Shown one piece after another: positions 9,084 to 18,632 of a stretch of DNA of 64,000 nt. The notes beneath the pieces are model-generated. The model saw only the letters and a list, made by a program, of their open reading frames with translations. It was not told the origin of the DNA and did no database searches. Source of the DNA: Candidatus Lustribacter sp. Lineage in GTDB: Bacteria; Vulcanimicrobiota; Vulcanimicrobiia; Vulcanimicrobiales; Vulcanimicrobiaceae. Numbering within the stretch: the stretch's first letter is position 1; every line of letters begins with the position of its first letter. The stretch lies in the NCBI GenBank assembly GCA_965277805.1, contig OZ255842.1:2624001-2688000 (forward strand), in the 5' to 3' direction. The position numbers and the translations under genes were made by a program.

Positions 9084-10391
9084 ATGCTGACACTCGAAGA
9101 GAACGAACGGCTGACCCGCGTCGGCCCCGGAACCCCGATGGGCGCGCTGATGCGCCGCTATTGGCAACCGATCGCCGCGGCCTCGGAAATGAAGGACCGC
9201 TGGACCAAATCCGTGCGCCTGCTCGGCGAATCGCTCGTCCTCTTCAAAGACCGCAGCGGCCGCTTCGGGTTGATTGAAGAATCATGTCCGCACCGGCGCG
9301 CGTCGTTCCTCTACGGCATCCCGCAAGCGGACGGCATTCGCTGCCCCTATCACGGTTGGAAATTCGACGGCACCGGCAAATGCTTGGAACAGCCGAACGA
9401 GCCCGCCGACAGCACGTTCAAAGACCGCGTGAAGATCGCCGGCTATCCGGTTGAAGAGCGCGGCGGCTTGCTCTGGGCCTACATGGGCCCATTGCCCGCG
9501 CCGAACGTTCCGCCGCTTGCCGGCATCGATTCGCCGCATGCGATCCGGCTGCTCGGCAGCGCCGTGATCCCGTGCAACTGGCTGCAGATCATGGAGAACT
9601 CGGTCGACGCGGTGCACACCGAGTGGCTGCACGGGCATCTGTTCGAGTTCGTGCTCGAGCACAAGAACTTCAAGACCAAGTTCACGCGCAAGCATCTCAA
9701 AACGGCGTTCGATGAATTCCCCTACGGCATCATCAAGCGCCGCGTGATCGAAGGGCACACCGAAGACGGCGACGACTGGAAGATCGGTCACCCGGTCGTC
9801 TTCCCGTCCACGCTGCTCGTCGGCAATGCCGGCGACGAAGCCTGCCACATGCGTTATCAGTTCCGCGTGCCGATGGACGACACGCACACGCTTCACCTGT
9901 GGTATCACGTGATCGCGCCGCCGCCCGATCTGGAAATCCCCGCCGATCTCGCCGACACCGTGCACACCTACGACGTGCCCTATACCGACGAGCGCGGGCA
10001 GTATCTGCTCGACTCGATTCACGCGCAAGACATCATGGCGTGGATCACGCAAGGGCCGATCGCCGATCGCTCGCTCGAAGCGCTCGGCACGACCGACCGC
10101 GGGATCACCACGTACCGCAACATGCTGCGCCGCGAACTCAAGCGCGTCGAAAACGGCGAAGATCCGATGAACGTCTTCCGCGGCGCGGAGCCCGAAACGA
10201 TGGATCTGCCGCTCGAACTCGAGCGCACGCAAGGCGATCTCAGCCCCGAGGGTGCGCGCGGCGAAGGCTTCGCGATCACCAACCTGCGGGCGATGTTCAG
10301 CCGGCACGAGGGGCGCTTCTGCCCGCGCGGCCCCGAAATCGTCGACATGTTCGTGCAGCACCGGGAGCGCCAGCCGGCCGGCGTGGTCTAG
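9084..10391 (+). CDS. Rieske aromatic oxygenase alpha subunit (LigX/phthalate 4,5-dioxygenase-like)
   Basis: CPHRRA...CPYHGW Rieske motif; ENSVDAVHTEWLH non-heme Fe motif; N-terminal LTRVGPGTPMG. Confidence 0.92.
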   Translation: MLTLEENERLTRVGPGTPMGALMRRYWQPIAAASEMKDRWTKSVRLLGESLVLFKDRSGRFGLIEESCPHRRASFLYGIPQADGIRCPYHGWKFDGTGKCLEQPNEPADSTFKDRVKIAGYPVEERGGLLWAYMGPLPAPNVPPLAGIDSPHAIRLLGSAVIPCNWLQIMENSVDAVHTEWLHGHLFEFVLEHKNFKTKFTRKHLKTAFDEFPYGIIKRRVIEGHTEDGDDWKIGHPVVFPSTLLVGNAGDEACHMRYQFRVPMDDTHTLHLWYHVIAPPPDLEIPADLADTVHTYDVPYTDERGQYLLDSIHAQDIMAWITQGPIADRSLEALGTTDRGITTYRNMLRRELKRVENGEDPMNVFRGAEPETMDLPLELERTQGDLSPEGARGEGFAITNLRAMFSRHEGRFCPRGPEIVDMFVQHRERQPAGVV

Positions 10392-11342
10392 GTGCGGTCG
10401 ATCGATCGCCGGGCAGCGCTCGGTGGGCTCGCCGCGTTCGCGAGTGCGGCCGCACTCGGCGCATCGGCGCGTGCGGAGGGAGCGCCCGTGCGCATCGGCG
10501 TCGGCAATGCCGACACGTTCGCCGAGGGCTACTACGCGACCGACCTAGGCTTCTTCGCCAAGGCCGGTCTCAACATCGATCAGCAGGTCTTCAATTCCGG
10601 CGGTGCGATTCTCGTTGCGGCCGGCGGCAACGCGCTCGACATCGGTCTCTCCAACACCGGCAATCTGGCGACCGCGATCGCGCACGGCGCGCCGTTCACG
10701 CTGATCGCCGGCGCCGGCATGTACACGGCGAGCAATCCCACCACGGTGCTGATGGTGGCGTTGAATTCACCGCTGCAGAAACCGGCCGATCTCGCCGGCA
10801 AGACGATCGCCGTTACGGCGCTCAAAGATCTCACCGAAGTCGGCACGCGCGCGTGGCTCGCGCGCAGCGGCGTCGAGCCGAACAGCGTCAAGTTCGTCGA
10901 GCTGTCGATGAACCAGATGGCCGCGGGTCTCGACCGCGGCACGTTCGATGCCGCGATCATCGGCGAACCGTTCCTCTCCGCCGTGCGCGGCAAGACGCTG
11001 CGCGTCTTCGCCAACGCCTACGACGCGCTCGGCCCGCAGTTCCTAATCGCGAACTGGTTTTCGACCACCGACTACGTGAAGAAAAACCCCGACGTCATCC
11101 GCCGCTTCGTCGCGTCGGTGTACGATACGGCGCGCTGGGCGAACGCCAACCACCCCGCATCGGGCAAGATCCTCGCCAAGTGGACGCAGATGGATCCGGT
11201 CGCCGTCAGCGCGATGGGCCGCTGCCAGTACGCCACCTCGCTCGATGCGAAGCTGCTCGATCCGGTGCTCGCCGCGATGTACAAGTACAACGCGATCGAT
11301 AAGAAACTGAGCGCCGCCGACCTCGTTACAACGCTCGGCTGA
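10392..11342 (+). CDS. ABC substrate-binding protein (NitT/TauT-like), Tat-type signal
   Basis: DRRAAL twin-arginine signal; GFFAKAGL; paralogous to 1698..2642. Confidence 0.85.
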   Translation: MRSIDRRAALGGLAAFASAAALGASARAEGAPVRIGVGNADTFAEGYYATDLGFFAKAGLNIDQQVFNSGGAILVAAGGNALDIGLSNTGNLATAIAHGAPFTLIAGAGMYTASNPTTVLMVALNSPLQKPADLAGKTIAVTALKDLTEVGTRAWLARSGVEPNSVKFVELSMNQMAAGLDRGTFDAAIIGEPFLSAVRGKTLRVFANAYDALGPQFLIANWFSTTDYVKKNPDVIRRFVASVYDTARWANANHPASGKILAKWTQMDPVAVSAMGRCQYATSLDAKLLDPVLAAMYKYNAIDKKLSAADLVTTLG

Positions 11343-12552
11343 CCAGCGCTCCCAGGCGCGCGACGCCTTCGGCGATCACGTCTTCCGGTGCGAGCGAGTA
11401 GTTCAGCCGGATCGTGTTGCGCACGGCACCGTTGGGTGAGAACGCGCCGCCGGGCACGAACCCGATGCGCTCTTCGAGTAGCGAGCGCTCGAGCAATTCC
11501 GCACCGTCGATGCCCTCGGGCAACGTCACCCAGACGAACATTCCGCCTTCGGGCTTGCTCCACGTCACGCCGGGCGGCATGCTTGCGGCCAGCGCGTTCA
11601 GCATCGCGTCCCGCCGGCGCCGGTAAGGCGGTACGAGCGTGCGCACGTGCTCGTCGAACATCGTGCTCGCGATGCGGTGCACCACCATCTGATTGATCGT
11701 TGCCGAGTGCAGATCGCCGCCTTGCTTCGCCAGCACGATCTTGCCCACGAACTCGCGCGCGGCGCAAATCCAGCCGACGCGCAAACCCGGGCACACGGTT
11801 TTCGAAAACGTCCCGCAGTAGATCACGGGGCTGCGCTCGATGCTGCCGCTGCGTTCGATCGCGAGCGCCGCAATCGCCGGCACCGGCTCGCCGTCGAAGC
11901 GAATCGCTTCATACGCGGCATCTTCCAGCACCGGCACGTTCAACTCGGCGGCGAGATCGAGCAGCGCACGCCGGTTCGCCAGGCTCAGCGTTTCACCCGA
12001 TGGGTTGGCAAAGTCCGACACGACGTAGCCGAACGCGACGCGTCCGCCGTTCTCCGCGGCCTTGCGCCGGTACTCGGCGGCCGTGTTGCTAAACAGCACG
12101 TCGTAGTGCGGTTCGTATGCGTTGAAGGCTTGCAGCGCGCCGAGATACGTCGGTTCTTGCACCAGTACCGTATCGTGCGGGTGGATGAACAATTTCGCGA
12201 TGAAGTCGAGGCCCTGTTGCGAGCCCGACGTAATGACGATGTTGTCGAGCTCGCACGGAACGCCGCGGCGGCCCATGTAATCGACGATCCAGCGGCGCAG
12301 CGGCCCGTAGCCCTCGCTGACGGAATACTGCAGCGACGACGTGCCCAGCACCGGATCGGCGAGAATCTCGCTGTACGCGCGCCGGATCGCGTCCATCGGG
12401 AAGAGCGCCGGATCGGGGATGCCGCCGGCAAACGACACCACGTCGGGGCGTTCGAGCAGCTTGAGCAGCTCGCGAATTTCGGAGGCGTGCATGCGCGACA
12501 CGCGGCCGGCAAACCAGTCGCTCCAGTCGACGGCCGCTTCGGGTGCTAACAT
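11326..12552 (-). CDS. PLP-dependent aminotransferase class I/II (LysN/Aro8-like)
   Basis: SFAGGIPD, ITSGSQQGLD, FANPSG, EDAAY, TFSKTVCPGLRVGW. Confidence 0.92.
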   Translation of the reverse strand: MLAPEAAVDWSDWFAGRVSRMHASEIRELLKLLERPDVVSFAGGIPDPALFPMDAIRRAYSEILADPVLGTSSLQYSVSEGYGPLRRWIVDYMGRRGVPCELDNIVITSGSQQGLDFIAKLFIHPHDTVLVQEPTYLGALQAFNAYEPHYDVLFSNTAAEYRRKAAENGGRVAFGYVVSDFANPSGETLSLANRRALLDLAAELNVPVLEDAAYEAIRFDGEPVPAIAALAIERSGSIERSPVIYCGTFSKTVCPGLRVGWICAAREFVGKIVLAKQGGDLHSATINQMVVHRIASTMFDEHVRTLVPPYRRRRDAMLNALAASMPPGVTWSKPEGGMFVWVTLPEGIDGAELLERSLLEERIGFVPGGAFSPNGAVRNTIRLNYSLAPEDVIAEGVARLGALVSRAL

Positions 12553-12564
12553 CGGCGACCCGGC

Positions 12565-13446
12565 CTAAAGGCTAACGAGCGGATCGGGTGCGCGGAACTC
12601 GACGATATCGGGCTTGGAACCCCACGCGCAGAACGCCTCGGCCGTGAACGGCAATTGACGCGGAATGAAGCTCGACTCGTCTTCGATGATCCGCACGCCG
12701 CACGAGTACTCATAGACCATCTTGTCGAGGCCTTCGAAGTACAAGAACACCGCACCCGACGAGACGTGACGGCCCGGACCGAACACGATCCGGATGCCGC
12801 GCTGTTCGCGCAGCAGATACCACGAGCGCATCACGTCGTCGATCGATTCGACCTGATGGTTGATGTGCTGCACGCCCACGTGCGAACTCGGAAAGAGCGC
12901 GATCGTGTGGTGGACTTCGTTGATGCGCAAGAGCGGCGCGTCGCCGATCCAGTCGCTGGGGCGCGCGTTGAACACGCGCGTCCAGAACTTCTCGTCGCGC
13001 GGAGCGTCGTTCGTATGCAAGCCGATATGGCTGAAGCCCGTGATCCCGGCATCGCGCGACGGAAAATAGCGTCGCGTCGCGGCTTGGGCGCGCCACACGA
13101 TCTCGATCTGGTTTCCCGTCGGATCCTTGAACGCGATGAAATCGAGGACGCGCCGCGCTTCACGTTCGGACGCCGTGCCGGCATGCACGGGATAGCCGGC
13201 GCGTTCGATCTCCGCGGCCATCGCTTGCAAGTCGGCGCTCTCCGAGACTTCAAAGGCGATCGCATGCTGCGCCGGGTCGCCTTCGACGTAGCAGATCGTG
13301 TGGTCGCGATCGTCGCTGCGGAAGTACGCCATGCCGCGCTCGCGGCCGGCCGCCTCGAGACCTAGCACCTTCGTTGCAAAGTTGGCGGCTTCGCCCAGAT
13401 CGGGCGTGCCGATGCGCACGTAGCGAATGCGCCGCAGATCGATCAT
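12565..13446 (-). CDS. VOC-family extradiol ring-cleavage dioxygenase (CmtC-like)
   Basis: FSHIGL, HHTIAL, QHINHQV, GPGRH, FLYF, YEYS; ATGA overlap with upstream gene. Confidence 0.85.
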   Translation of the reverse strand: MIDLRRIRYVRIGTPDLGEAANFATKVLGLEAAGRERGMAYFRSDDRDHTICYVEGDPAQHAIAFEVSESADLQAMAAEIERAGYPVHAGTASEREARRVLDFIAFKDPTGNQIEIVWRAQAATRRYFPSRDAGITGFSHIGLHTNDAPRDEKFWTRVFNARPSDWIGDAPLLRINEVHHTIALFPSSHVGVQHINHQVESIDDVMRSWYLLREQRGIRIVFGPGRHVSSGAVFLYFEGLDKMVYEYSCGVRIIEDESSFIPRQLPFTAEAFCAWGSKPDIVEFRAPDPLVSL

Positions 13447-14498
13447 GCCGCGTGACCGGTGTCGGCGTACTCTTTCTGAATGTCCAGAAATTGATTCCAA
13501 CTGGCATTGAGTGCGTCGACGACCATCGGGTCGAAGTGTGAACCGGACGATTTCTGAATCACGCGCAGCGCTTCGTCGGTCGTCCACGCGCGCTTGTACG
13601 GACGCTTCGAGATCAGCGCATCAAACACGTCGCCGACGGCGGCGATGCGCGCGGCCAACGGAATCTGCGTGCCGCGCAGATGATCGGGATAACCCGTGCC
13701 GTCCCAGCGTTCGTGATGGCGCAACGCGATCTGCGAGGCCAGCTGCAGTACCTTCGACGAGCTGCCGACGAGGATGTCGTACCCGGCGCGCGCGTGGCGC
13801 TTCATGATTTCCCACTCATCGGGATTGAGCGGGCCTTCTTTGAGCAAGATGCCGTCGGGCGTCGCGACCTTGCCGATGTCGTGCATCGGCGTGGCCAAGC
13901 GCAGCAGACGCTGGTCTTCGGAGTCGAGTTCGAGCGTTCGGCCCAGCACCTCGGCGTATTTCCCCATGCGCACGATGTGCAAACCGGTTTCGCTGTCGCG
14001 GAATTCCGCCGCGCGCGTGAGCCGGTTGATCGTCTCTTCTTCGCGGTCGGCGATCTCTTGCGTTGCCCGAGCAACGTCGGCTGCCAACGACGCCGCATAG
14101 CTCTCGAGCTTCTTGCGGCTCTCGCGCAACGCGAGCAAGTTTTTTACGCGCGAGAGAAACTCGACCGGATCGGCCGGTTTGTTCAGAAAATCGCTGGCGC
14201 CGAATTCGAGCGCGCGATGGCGGATCTCGCGATCTTTTTCGCCGGTGATCATCACGAGCGGCGTTTGCGAATCGCCGTGCGCCTTGTTGTAGGCCTTGAC
14301 GAAGTCGAGCCCATCCATGCCTTCGACTTGCCCCATGCGGTAGTCGAGGATGACGAGATCGTGTTCTTGTTTACCGCACCAAACCAGCGCCGCATCCGGA
14401 GACGTGAACGGCTTCACCTTCACGTCTGCAATGCGTGAAAGAATGTGAGCGTAGGCTTTCTGGTTGGTTTCGCTGGTGTCGATGATCGCGACTACCAT
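13443..14498 (-). CDS. Response regulator with HD-GYP domain (RpfG-like)
   Basis: REC (LVILDY, FLNKP) plus ETGLHI, MHDIGK, HHERWDGTGYP, DVFDAL, RPYK. Confidence 0.92.
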   Translation of the reverse strand: MVVAIIDTSETNQKAYAHILSRIADVKVKPFTSPDAALVWCGKQEHDLVILDYRMGQVEGMDGLDFVKAYNKAHGDSQTPLVMITGEKDREIRHRALEFGASDFLNKPADPVEFLSRVKNLLALRESRKKLESYAASLAADVARATQEIADREEETINRLTRAAEFRDSETGLHIVRMGKYAEVLGRTLELDSEDQRLLRLATPMHDIGKVATPDGILLKEGPLNPDEWEIMKRHARAGYDILVGSSSKVLQLASQIALRHHERWDGTGYPDHLRGTQIPLAARIAAVGDVFDALISKRPYKRAWTTDEALRVIQKSSGSHFDPMVVDALNASWNQFLDIQKEYADTGHAA

Positions 14499-14605
14499 CT
14501 CGACTCCGATGCGAATCCGTGGGCGATATACGTAATTGTCCGACGCGACTCTCTGAGCGATGAGTGTTCTACCGGGGGAACAGTATTCCGCAATGGACAC
14601 GCCGA

Positions 14606-14628
14606 CTCTTGGTAACTAGTTCCAAGAG
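14606..14628. promoter_or_regulatory. Palindrome in divergent promoter region (candidate operator)
   Basis: CTCTTGG-T-AACTAGTT-CCAAGAG. Confidence 0.35.
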
Positions 14629-14747
14629 GTGTTTCTGGGGTAAAACAGTACCTGAGCGAGACCATGTTTCATTAACGTCCCCCTGTTCTATTGACGGCCT
14701 GCGCCAACGCGCCTCTCCCCTCGCCGCATAACATTGGGAACGTTCAC

Positions 14748-15971
14748 ATGGTCCGATCCGCTCCACGTCCACAGAGCGTCTTTCGCTCGTCGGAATTCTG
14801 CCGCTACTATGCCGGCCAGGCACTCAGTTACCTGGGCGACGGGCTCCGCACGCTCGTCATCCCACTGCTGGTTTTTCACCTAACCGGGTCGGCGGTCTCG
14901 CTCGGGCTCACCTTCGCCTTCGAGCTGCTCCCGTTTGCGGTGTTCAGCCTGCTCGGCGGCTCCCTCGCCGACCGCCTCGACCGCCGGAAGCTCATGCTCG
15001 GCGCCGACGCGGTGCGCTTCCTGATCATGACCGGCTTCACGCTGGCCCTGTGGCGCGGCGTCCTGAGCCTGCCCCTGCTTTACACGGGCGTGGTACTGCT
15101 CTCGGTCTGCGCGGCCATCTTCCTCGGCTCGCAGGCCTCGAGCATCCCGTTTCTGCTCGGGAAGGACCGGGCCAAGGCCGCCGTCGCTACCCTGGTGGCA
15201 ACCGAACAGGGCGTGAACCTGATCGCGCCGCCGCTCGGGGGCGCGATCTTCGGCCTCGTGGGCGCCGTGCCGGCCCTGGCGCTCAATGCCGTCACCTACC
15301 TGACCTCGCAGCTCTCGATCGCCTCGGTGGCCTCGTTCGGGCCCGAACGCCCGGGCGGTTTCCCGCCGGTATCGGTGATCGTGCGCGACGTCCAGGCCGG
15401 CTTCCGGTTCGTCATGGGCGACCGGACGATGCGTACGCTGACGTACTCCTCGACGTGCATGAATGCCGTCGCGATCTTTGGCTTCGTCGCCATGATCCCG
15501 TTCCTCAAGCACGAGTTCGGGGCCGGCGATCAGACGGTGGGCATCGCCTTCGGCTGTTTCTCGCTGGGCTCCGTGGCCGGGTCGATGATTTCCGGCCGCA
15601 CGCACTGGCCCTTCGGCCGCGCCCTGGTCATCGTCTACATCATCGACGCGGTGTGCTGGCTCCCGATCGCGTGGACGCATTCGCTGCCGCTGGCCGTCGG
15701 CGCGGTGACGCTGTGCGCGGGGTGCGGCGCCTACGAGATGACCGCGATCGTCGGCTGGCGCATGCGCGTCATCCCCGAGGACATGATCGGGCGCGTGTTC
15801 GGTGTGATCCGCCTGCTGGTGCTGCTGGGCATGGTCCCCGGCTCGATCCTGGGCGGCATCGCCGCCGACCATTTGGGGACGCGCGCGGTCATGGCCATTT
15901 CGGGCTTTGCGTTTCTGCTGCTGGCGCTCAATTTGCTCGGTTCGCGCGCGGTACTATCGGAGCGGCGCTAA
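14748..15971 (+). CDS. MFS transporter (DHA3/MefA-like)
   Basis: GSLADRLDRRKLM motif A; many TM segments. Confidence 0.9.
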   Translation: MVRSAPRPQSVFRSSEFCRYYAGQALSYLGDGLRTLVIPLLVFHLTGSAVSLGLTFAFELLPFAVFSLLGGSLADRLDRRKLMLGADAVRFLIMTGFTLALWRGVLSLPLLYTGVVLLSVCAAIFLGSQASSIPFLLGKDRAKAAVATLVATEQGVNLIAPPLGGAIFGLVGAVPALALNAVTYLTSQLSIASVASFGPERPGGFPPVSVIVRDVQAGFRFVMGDRTMRTLTYSSTCMNAVAIFGFVAMIPFLKHEFGAGDQTVGIAFGCFSLGSVAGSMISGRTHWPFGRALVIVYIIDAVCWLPIAWTHSLPLAVGAVTLCAGCGAYEMTAIVGWRMRVIPEDMIGRVFGVIRLLVLLGMVPGSILGGIAADHLGTRAVMAISGFAFLLLALNLLGSRAVLSERR

Positions 15972-15991
15972 ACGGGGTATTCTGATGACGC

Positions 15992-16660
15992 ATGATCGTC
16001 TCGATCTCGCGTGAACTCGGTGCCGGCGGCGGAACGCTGGGGGAAGCCCTCTCCCAAGCGTTGAGTGCCGCGCTCCTCGATGAGCGCTGGTTCCTCGCGC
16101 AGTTGACCCAGCGCTATCAGTTCTCCAGCGACTATTTGGAGCGGCGCCTCGAGCAGCCGCCGAAATTCGGCGAGAGCCTCATCGCCACGCTGGCTCGCGC
16201 CACCGCGATGGTCCCCGGCGCCACCACCTTGCAGATGCCCGACGAACAGATCATCGACGCGGTTCGGGCGCTCGTACTCGAGTCGGCCCAAGCGGGGCAC
16301 GTCGTCGTGATCGGCCATGGCGGCGTCAGCATGCTGGGCTGGCGCCCGACGAACATCCCGGTGCTCTCGATTCTGCTGCAGGCCGGCAAGGACTGGCGCA
16401 TCGACCAGCTCGCGCGGCGTTACAACATCCACCGCGATGAGGCCGCGCGGCGCGTGAAGTCGACCGACGAAGCCCGCGCGCGCTATCAGCAGCACTACTT
16501 CAACGCGCATATCTACGATTGCGCGCTCTACGACCTCGTCATCAACACCGAGGTGCTGGGTCTGGAGAACGCGATCACGCTCGCGACGACAGCCGTACGC
16601 GCGCTGTTGCCGGATTACGCGGCGGTGACGTCCGCCGAAAGCGCGGCGAAATCGACGTAA
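15992..16660 (+). CDS. Cytidylate kinase-like family protein
   Basis: ISRELGAGG, VVIGHGG, YDLVINT. Confidence 0.85.
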   Translation: MIVSISRELGAGGGTLGEALSQALSAALLDERWFLAQLTQRYQFSSDYLERRLEQPPKFGESLIATLARATAMVPGATTLQMPDEQIIDAVRALVLESAQAGHVVVIGHGGVSMLGWRPTNIPVLSILLQAGKDWRIDQLARRYNIHRDEAARRVKSTDEARARYQQHYFNAHIYDCALYDLVINTEVLGLENAITLATTAVRALLPDYAAVTSAESAAKST

Positions 16661-17319
16661 GACGGATGCGTCGTCGTCGCTCCCGGCGGCGTGTCAGCGG
16701 GCCGCAGCAAACGCGCGGTTTGTAAGCCCGCCGCGCGCGCCGCATCGAGTTCTTCCTCGGTGTCGGAGAGAAACAGCATCTCGCCCGGATGGAAACCCGT
16801 GTCGGCGAGAATTTCTTCGTAGGATGCGGCTTCGCGCTTGGGGCCCGTCGTCGTATCGAAGTGATCGGTGAAGAGCGGCGTAAGGTCGCCGGCAAATGTG
16901 TGCGCGAAGAGCACCTTCTGCGCGACGATCGAACCCGAGGAATACACGTAGAGTTCGATGCCCGCTTCGTTCCAGGCGCGCAGCACCGGTGGAACGTCGG
17001 GATAGACGTGACCGAGTAAATCGCCGTTCTCATACCCCACGTGCCAGATGAGACCTTGCAGCGTTTTGAGCGGCGTCGACTTGCGGTCTTCGCGAAGCCA
17101 GGCGTGCAGGTGCGCGAGGATCGCGGCATCATCGATGTTGCCTTCGCCGATCTCGACCGTCGCTTCGCTCAGCGCTTCGACGACGACCGGATCGTCGCGA
17201 TGCGCGGCAACGTATGCATCGAGCCGTTCGTCGGCGTACGGGAAGAGCACGTCTTTGACGAAGCTGATCGCCGAGGTCGTGCCCTCGATGTCGGTGAGGA
17301 TGGCGCTGGTGACGATCAC
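16615..17319 (-). CDS. mtnC: Acireductone synthase / enolase-phosphatase E1
   Basis: TDIEGTT, FVKDVLFPYA, DRKSTPLKTLQG, YSSGS, FLSD. Confidence 0.95.
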   Translation of the reverse strand: MIVTSAILTDIEGTTSAISFVKDVLFPYADERLDAYVAAHRDDPVVVEALSEATVEIGEGNIDDAAILAHLHAWLREDRKSTPLKTLQGLIWHVGYENGDLLGHVYPDVPPVLRAWNEAGIELYVYSSGSIVAQKVLFAHTFAGDLTPLFTDHFDTTTGPKREAASYEEILADTGFHPGEMLFLSDTEEELDAARAAGLQTARLLRPADTPPGATTTHPSYVDFAALSADVTAA

Positions 17320-17879
17320 TCGTACTTGGGAAATTGCGCGGCGATCGCGGTGCCGCTATATTGCGGCACCCAGCCCTCTTGATTGTTGAACCAGCGAACC
17401 GCGGTGAACTCGGGATCGGGCCCCATGTCGAACCAGTGCGGCGTGCCGGCCGGCACGCTGATCAAGTCGCCGCGCACGCAGATCGCCTGATACACCTTGC
17501 CGCTCAGGTGCAGATAGAACGCGCCGGATCCCTCGACGAAGAACCGCACTTCGTCTTCAGTGTGAATGTGTTCTTCGAGAAACTTGGCGCGCATCGGTGC
17601 CGTGTTGGGAGTCCCTTTCGCGAGGCGAAGCACGTCGACGGTGCCGTAGCCGCCGTCGGATTGCACGCGCTTCACCGAGGTCGCGTAGGCGGCCAGCACG
17701 GCGGCGGAATCGGCGTCGGGCGCGAGTTCCGCTTCCGCGGTCCAGCGTTCGAAGCGAACGCCGACTTCGCCCAGCAGGCGCGCGATCTCCGCACCGTCGG
17801 TCGTCGCGACCAGCGGCGTCGCCGGCGCGTTATCATCGTACACGTTGAGTTTCGAGCGTAGCAGTGTGGCAGTCGTCAT
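17316..17879 (-). CDS. mtnD: Acireductone dioxygenase
   Basis: FLEEHIHTEDEVRFF, PAGTPHWFDMG. Confidence 0.95.
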   Translation of the reverse strand: MTTATLLRSKLNVYDDNAPATPLVATTDGAEIARLLGEVGVRFERWTAEAELAPDADSAAVLAAYATSVKRVQSDGGYGTVDVLRLAKGTPNTAPMRAKFLEEHIHTEDEVRFFVEGSGAFYLHLSGKVYQAICVRGDLISVPAGTPHWFDMGPDPEFTAVRWFNNQEGWVPQYSGTAIAAQFPKYE

Positions 17880-18487
17880 CGTTGCAGTTTCCGTTCTTCT
17901 AGCGCGCACGTCAGCAAGAATTCCAAACATTCGAGATGCCGGCGCGCATCGCCCATCGTCGCGCCCCAGGCGTAGAGGCCGTGTCCGGCGAGCAAGTACC
18001 CCGGCACGGCGGCATTCCCGGCCAGGCGACTTTCGATGGTCGCCGCCAGCGCGTCCGTGTCCTGGGCGTTGGCGAACACCGGCACGTCGACGACGCTCTC
18101 GTGCGTCGTGATTCCGCTCAGCGCCTTCTGCATCTCATAGCCGCTCAAGCGCACGTAGCCGAGCGCCAGATCGGCGCGTGAAAGCACGGTCGCGGCGATC
18201 GTGTGCACGTGCACGATTGCGCCGACGTCAGCCGCGGCCCGGTAGCGCGCGAGGTGCAGCGGCGTCTCCGCCGACATGCCGGGCGGAATCGGGCCGGCGA
18301 GCGGCACCACCGCGACGTCGCCGGCACCGATGGCACCCTTGTCGATTCCCGAGCGCGTGAGCAGCGCGTGTCCGGCGTCGAGGCGGCACGAGAAGTTGCC
18401 CGAGGTCGCGGCGACCCAGCCGCGCGCGGATGCAAACCGGCCGATCGCGGCGATTGCTTCGACGGCGTGCGGATCGGCGGCCGGCAT
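17876..18487 (-). CDS. mtnB: Methylthioribulose-1-phosphate dehydratase
   Basis: ATSGNFS, SAETPLH, HVH, GHGLYAWG; operon with mtnDC. Confidence 0.92.
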   Translation of the reverse strand: MPAADPHAVEAIAAIGRFASARGWVAATSGNFSCRLDAGHALLTRSGIDKGAIGAGDVAVVPLAGPIPPGMSAETPLHLARYRAAADVGAIVHVHTIAATVLSRADLALGYVRLSGYEMQKALSGITTHESVVDVPVFANAQDTDALAATIESRLAGNAAVPGYLLAGHGLYAWGATMGDARRHLECLEFLLTCALEERKLQR

Positions 18488-18632
18488 GGCCAGCGTACCG
18501 GGTTGCGAGGTCACGTCGCTGGAACCCCCCGCAAGCGAGGCCGGTTGCGTCCCGCACTTTGTCCAACGTGCCCGGCCCACGGCGTCCGGTTTGGCAGACG
18601 AGCTTTGCGAGCCGATCCACAATGAACGAACC

